A stretch of 64,000 nt of DNA from Nitrosopumilaceae archaeon (GTDB taxonomy: Archaea > Thermoproteota > Nitrososphaeria > Nitrososphaerales > Nitrosopumilaceae), in the NCBI GenBank assembly GCA_965208905.1, contig OZ242365.1, forward strand, positions 1,632,001-1,696,000. The letters run 5' to 3'. Below are positions 59,676-64,000 of this stretch, piece by piece. The notes beneath the pieces are model-generated. The model saw nothing but the letters and a program-made list of their open reading frames with translations. It did not search any database and was not told where the DNA came from. Made by a program: the position numbers and the translations under genes. The first letter of the stretch is position 1, and each line of letters begins with the position of its first letter.

Positions 59676-60740
59676 GGATATTGCATCCGGAATGTATAGT
59701 ATATTGTACGCGGCATTGATGTCCGCGTGCATCAGAACACCGCATGTATGGCACCAAAACCTACTGCTCTTGCGCGTTGTGTTCCTACTACCGCACATAC
59801 AGCATAGCTGAGATGTACCACGCTGATTGATTTCCACATATTCTATACTGTGTTGCAGGGAACTCTGCGCGATGTGGCTTCGCGCCTCACCACATTTGGA
59901 CTGCCGCATTAGACGGTTCTTGTTTCTCTGACCCTTCCCTTTTGTGGTTATGGTGCGGAGGTTCATGCCCTCCATGATTATTTTGTCGCACTGCGCGAAC
60001 AGTTTTTTGGCAAACTTGCGCAGTTTGTCCGTCTGCCTATTTCCCATCTTCTTGTAGACGCTTTGCAGCTGCGCATGCAGTGTACACCACTTGTGGGAGT
60101 GAAGTTTGCAGCGCGCCATCTTCTTTTGAATCCGGGCTATGTTTCGTATGGTGTCCTTCTCGCGCAATGTAAGCATGGCGATTGTACCGTCGGACTTGCC
60201 GACTATAAGCGTGTGCTTGCCGCCCATGTCAACCCCCGCGTGTACACCTGTCGCTATACGGCCCGGGACATGCTCTCTAACCGTCATATGTAGTTCAAAT
60301 TGCCTCTCCTTATCATCATGGTTTGTGACATCCACAAGCTTGTATGACTGTGATGTGTCCGGGAGTGTACCTTTCTGCAGTTTGAAAGGAGCGCCGCACT
60401 TTGGAAAATACACTATATTGCCCTTGGACTTTTTGCCGAGTGGCACGTTGCTGAATAGTGGGTAAACCTTCTTACCATACTTTACGTGAGAGCAGCCCTC
60501 CATCGCGTGGCCTTCTTGTATGGCTCCACGAACCCACACTTGTGGGATTGTCTGGCACATGGTGGCTATTTTATTGGTGTCAAATACAGACAATCCGGCC
60601 CGCCGCGCCTTTATCCCCACATTCAACCATATGTGAGATTCGGAGTACATGGAGTCAAAGTATTTGGTCAGTCTCGCGCCAGTCTTGAGGCGGTATCGCA
60701 GGGTTTTGACAACATGCTTGCCGCCCTTGTACTTGGCCAA
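59430..60740 (-). CDS. tnpB: RNA-guided endonuclease TnpB (divergent; no tnpA)
   Basis: RuvC GVDMG / IIMEGM / HADINAAYNI; TSQLCCMCG...CHTCG; the ORF reads through its omegaRNA. Confidence 0.88.
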   Translation of the reverse strand: MAKYKGGKHVVKTLRYRLKTGARLTKYFDSMYSESHIWLNVGIKARRAGLSVFDTNKIATMCQTIPQVWVRGAIQEGHAMEGCSHVKYGKKVYPLFSNVPLGKKSKGNIVYFPKCGAPFKLQKGTLPDTSQSYKLVDVTNHDDKERQFELHMTVREHVPGRIATGVHAGVDMGGKHTLIVGKSDGTIAMLTLREKDTIRNIARIQKKMARCKLHSHKWCTLHAQLQSVYKKMGNRQTDKLRKFAKKLFAQCDKIIMEGMNLRTITTKGKGQRNKNRLMRQSKCGEARSHIAQSSLQHSIEYVEINQRGTSQLCCMCGSRNTTRKSSRFWCHTCGVLMHADINAAYNILYIPDAISWNKRAQTAYSLQDKAGMVLRGKIHLATLTIPSVVGDVVAGTGCPKVVHQSPANKGHLNGAPLNGNSPTSAVRQAVNLRACL

Positions 60741-60926
60741 CTATGCCTCCGACCCTACATTCGCCGACGCGCTGGTGTCCGCGCGGCACATATCGAGTTG
60801 CATACCCCAATACGTATCGGTCCCTTTTAAGGGGGGAATTGTGGGTGGGAAGTTGTAGAGGCTAGAAGTTTGTGGCTGCTACTGTTTCCAGTCTAGGCGC
60901 TGTTTTGGGACAGTTCACTTGGAGGC

Positions 60927-61319
60927 CTATGGTGAAGCACCATGTTGACTTGCCAAGTTAGTTAATTCAGAGATCAGATCTCGTAGTGTGGCCATCAGCA
61001 CCGGATCCGCGGGTACTCCATGTTGGGCAGCCCCCTGCATCTTCAAGAGATCCCGCTGTGCGGCCTCCTGTGCCTTGACGAGTTCCCGACGGGTTTTACT
61101 TGCCCCCTTAACAACCTCCCGTAGATTCTTCTGACGGACCAACTCTGCATCTTTGGCGGCATTGCTCTGTTTCACTTGCACCTTAAGTTCCGCATCAATG
61201 TTCATTTTGGCTAAATGTGCAGCGGTAGGATCCAAACCGGGTGAAAACACATTACGGCAGTTTGGGCATTGCACTTCCAATATTTTACACTCTCGCGTAA
61301 TCATATTAACCGTTCCCAT
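60927..61319 (-). CDS. Zn-ribbon + coiled-coil protein (DUF2130-like N-terminus)
   Basis: VQCPNCRNVF followed by a coiled coil. Confidence 0.5.
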   Translation of the reverse strand: MGTVNMITRECKILEVQCPNCRNVFSPGLDPTAAHLAKMNIDAELKVQVKQSNAAKDAELVRQKNLREVVKGASKTRRELVKAQEAAQRDLLKMQGAAQHGVPADPVLMATLRDLISELTNLASQHGASP

Positions 61320-61480
61320 CCATCACTAACTTTCCAATAGTCATGGACTGGAAAGTTAACGATACATGAGCGCGGCTGGATGATGCGCAGAGGAATGACA
61401 AGAAATTTACCACGGGATGGTACATGCTCCTCCACAAGCAATAATATGAGGAGACAGATAAAGCCGATTCTGAGAATCAG

Positions 61481-62308
61481 ATGGCGAACAAGTCGGTGGA
61501 CGATGAGCTTGAACAAAGATGTAAGCGCTATCGGATAAAAAAAGAACGCGTGCTTGAAGTATACGGAACAATAAAGCCGATACTGGACGATGCCGCCTCC
61601 AACGTAGATTTAGACGCAGTCATAGAGTCACGTGAAATTATGGATGTGGCCAGAAAGCTTCGATGCAATACGGCAGTTCTCAAATTCGAGGGCGCAGAGG
61701 TAGACTACCAAAACTCCAACACATGGGTGGACATCTTGTACAAGGCCGAGGCAATGAAACTCACAAACAAGGAATGGCTGGTTTTCAGGGCAATCACATA
61801 CGTGGTTTTGGCAGAAAACATATACAATAGGATCGTAAGCGTGTTGTGTTATGCCTTGGTTCACCGAACTGCGCAGCCGCTCTTGGACAAGAAACTAAAC
61901 TGCATGACAGATTTCGAAGACATATTGTCCAAAGTTGACCTATCAGACAAGCTAAGATTTTTGCCCGACAGCTGTTCCGAACTTGCCGGTGCATGCAACC
62001 TAAACCTGCGAAATTCAGCCGCGCATATGCGATTCTGCCTCGTTCCGGATATAGACCTATGCCAAGAAACACATGGGACTTCCACGAGCTATAGCATAAC
62101 GTCTAAGATACGTGTTAAAAAACACGATTTTTACCTGTTAAAAAAAGAGCATGGTAGCTGGAAACGTCTTGACGACAAGCCAACCGACCCGAAAGAGGAG
62201 CTAACCAAGTTAATGAGCGTGACACATATGTGGCATACCGCCCTCCTGCATTATCAGGCCGTCAAATGGTTTGATGAATTTACACCACTATTCAAAAATG
62301 CCGACTAA
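61481..62308 (+). CDS. hypothetical protein, possible HEPN-like
   Basis: 275 aa; RNSAAH fits an Rx4H motif. Confidence 0.55.
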   Translation: MANKSVDDELEQRCKRYRIKKERVLEVYGTIKPILDDAASNVDLDAVIESREIMDVARKLRCNTAVLKFEGAEVDYQNSNTWVDILYKAEAMKLTNKEWLVFRAITYVVLAENIYNRIVSVLCYALVHRTAQPLLDKKLNCMTDFEDILSKVDLSDKLRFLPDSCSELAGACNLNLRNSAAHMRFCLVPDIDLCQETHGTSTSYSITSKIRVKKHDFYLLKKEHGSWKRLDDKPTDPKEELTKLMSVTHMWHTALLHYQAVKWFDEFTPLFKNAD

Positions 62309-62590
62309 TCTGCACGCAGTCCTGCCCGGACGCGCCGTAGAGTCCCGGAGCGCTCCCGAATCCACATTCATCTCCAAGGGGAATCATACAGAAAAGTACA
62401 CAGCCTCGGCTGTACACTTATCCCTTTTCTGACGGCCTCGTTGTATGGTGTACAGCATGGAGGGTGTTGGCTTGTAGCCCTCCTTATGCCCTGGCCGTCT
62501 TAGGACGACGTTCCCCACCACCCGATACAGGATATTCCAGGCTCCTCTCCCGGAGTCCTGTCCTCAGGATTCATGTACCGACCTTGCGGT

Positions 62591-63220
62591 TTAGACGAGG
62601 TCGTTAAACGCCTTGGTCATACCCGTAAGCAACTTACGGACAAACTCCTTTCTGTCGGTCATACCAAGGCCATACTTGTCAATGTTTCTTTCATATTTGC
62701 TTCCTTTCCTGTGGGCATCCGCACTAGACCTCAAATTCTGGACCTGTCGCAGGAGTGAAATGATATCTGTCGGTAACGATTCATGTTTGAGGAATGCATC
62801 AAGCACTGTTATGCTGCCCTCCTTCTTCAATTTCTCACACTCAGTATCCACATGCTTGAGTAATTGCTCCTTGTTTATGGAATCGGGAAGCAGTACCGCC
62901 AAGTAGTTGAACTGCCTCTCAAACTCGTCAGGGTCATCGTTCAGCGGAATCCTGATGCCCTTCTCCTTGTGAGCATCCTCTTCATGGAGTTGCAGAAATA
63001 GTCTGAAGCCGAACCGACTCTCGAACCTTTCTTGAAAGTTGCACCAAGACTCTTTGAACTTATCTACCACATCATCTGAATCTACAAACACTCCATCAAA
63101 ATCCCTGGCATAACGACTCTCAGTGATACCACCCTCTGGTGGTACATTATATATTTTCCAGTGTTGTTGTTCATTTTCCGGTAGACGCTCTTTAATATCC
63201 CCCAAATAAACCTGCACCAA
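62591..63220 (-). pseudogene. 5'-truncated gene fragment (helical, R...AH motif)
   Basis: No ATG; the ORF begins at the repeat-family end at 63225; LRSSADAHRKG. Confidence 0.5.
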
Positions 63221-63411
63221 TTCTTGAACTGTTCAGTTAACAGCGCCTGTTCAGTTATAGCGCCCAGAGTGGAAACATGGGTCGTGCACGATCAGGCGTG
63301 TGGAGTGGAAATGAGGTCAAAATTCTAGAGTGGAAACGGTGGTCGTATACCTAGATTTCTAGTCCAAGTCACAAATTTCCCACCTTTGTATATGTTACAG
63401 TTTCTTACCAG

Positions 63412-63590
63412 AAGCTATGTGTCGTTGTTATATCGGCGACACATGTACTCTTCCTGTTGGACCTGAGAGTCGACAGGAACTGGCCCCTCCGAGGGCGCTT
63501 ACCAGAATGGCTCAAGGTACGTGAAAAGCTTCAGCCCCTCCGAGGGCGGATGGAAGTTTACCATGGTCAGGTCCGACTATCCACTAAAAA
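63412..63590 (+). ncRNA. putative IS110 bridge RNA in the left end
   Basis: Hairpins at ~63418-63445 and ~63452-63479; two GCCCCTCCGAGGGCG hairpins, each flanked by guide-like segments. Confidence 0.6.
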
Positions 63591-64000
63591 GGAGGTGAAA
63601 TGAAAAAAAGAATTGCATTACATCGGAATTGACGTACACATGAGAAGATGTGTGGCCACCACCAAGGGAAGATCCAAAAAGGTGTTAGACCAGTTTGAGT
63701 TCAACAACGACCTGCACGGGATACGTGCGTTCGCCAGCAGAATGCTGCGCCGCGAGTACACGCCGGCGGTAGCCGTCTTTGAGTCCACCGGTAACTATTG
63801 GAAGGTACTCCACAACGAGCTAGAGGAGACAGACATCAAGCCGGTCCTGGTCAACCCGTACGACCTCAAGATCATCACTCAGGCAAAGTTTAAGGACGAC
63901 CGGGTTGACTCTGAGAGGTTGTCCGACCTAGCCAGGGGAGACCTGTATAGACCATCCTACGTTCCCACCCAGAAAGAGATGGACCTGCGCGAGCTTACCC
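63412..64000 (+). mobile_element. IS110-family element (left end + recombinase N-terminus, runs off window)
   Basis: Frame from 63613: LHYIGIDVH...FESTGNYW...LVNP...KDDRVDS (DEDD RuvC-like). Confidence 0.88.

Noticed and set aside
59404-60917. Complete TIR transposon carrying tnpB
   Set aside because: Inverted ends are present, but there is no target-site duplication and no transposase, so it was not called as a feature.

Overview
The window looks like part of a large archaeal mobile element (conjugative plasmid or ICE-like), most likely from a Nitrososphaerota (thaumarchaeal) host. The host call rests on a PEFG-CTERM protein, archaeal TFB paralogs, PriL, an archaeal initiator tRNA and TATA boxes about 21-23 nt before leaderless ATGs. 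Transfer and surface genes are a VirB4-like ATPase, a VirB6/TrbL-like membrane protein, an OB-fold SSB, a TadC/FlaJ-like platform, pilin-like proteins and large surface proteins. Defence and anti-defence cargo includes five DNA methyltransferases, a GHKL/MORC-nuclease + Dcm + Vsr module, a DUF499-DUF1156-SNF2 module, a NotI-like R-M pair, ArdC, MNT-HEPN and HNH. There are four TFB-like genes, an IS66 with TIRs and 8-bp TSD, two tnpB genes, the start of an IS110 and a (TAGTG)61 array. The most unusual signals are non-coding: (i) a repeated core GGrACyGGTAAG that brackets three cargo modules in the same order and is also the apparent target of the IS110 bridge RNA; (ii) a stand-alone omegaRNA copy with a different guide, plus a tandem expansion of omegaRNA-derived hairpins; (iii) two tandem tRNA-like genes with 7-bp anticodon stems and an initiator tRNA with C33; (iv) two promoter classes alongside the TFB paralogs. 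No relaxase, integrase or capsid gene was recognised. All family calls come from reading motifs by eye, not from database searches.
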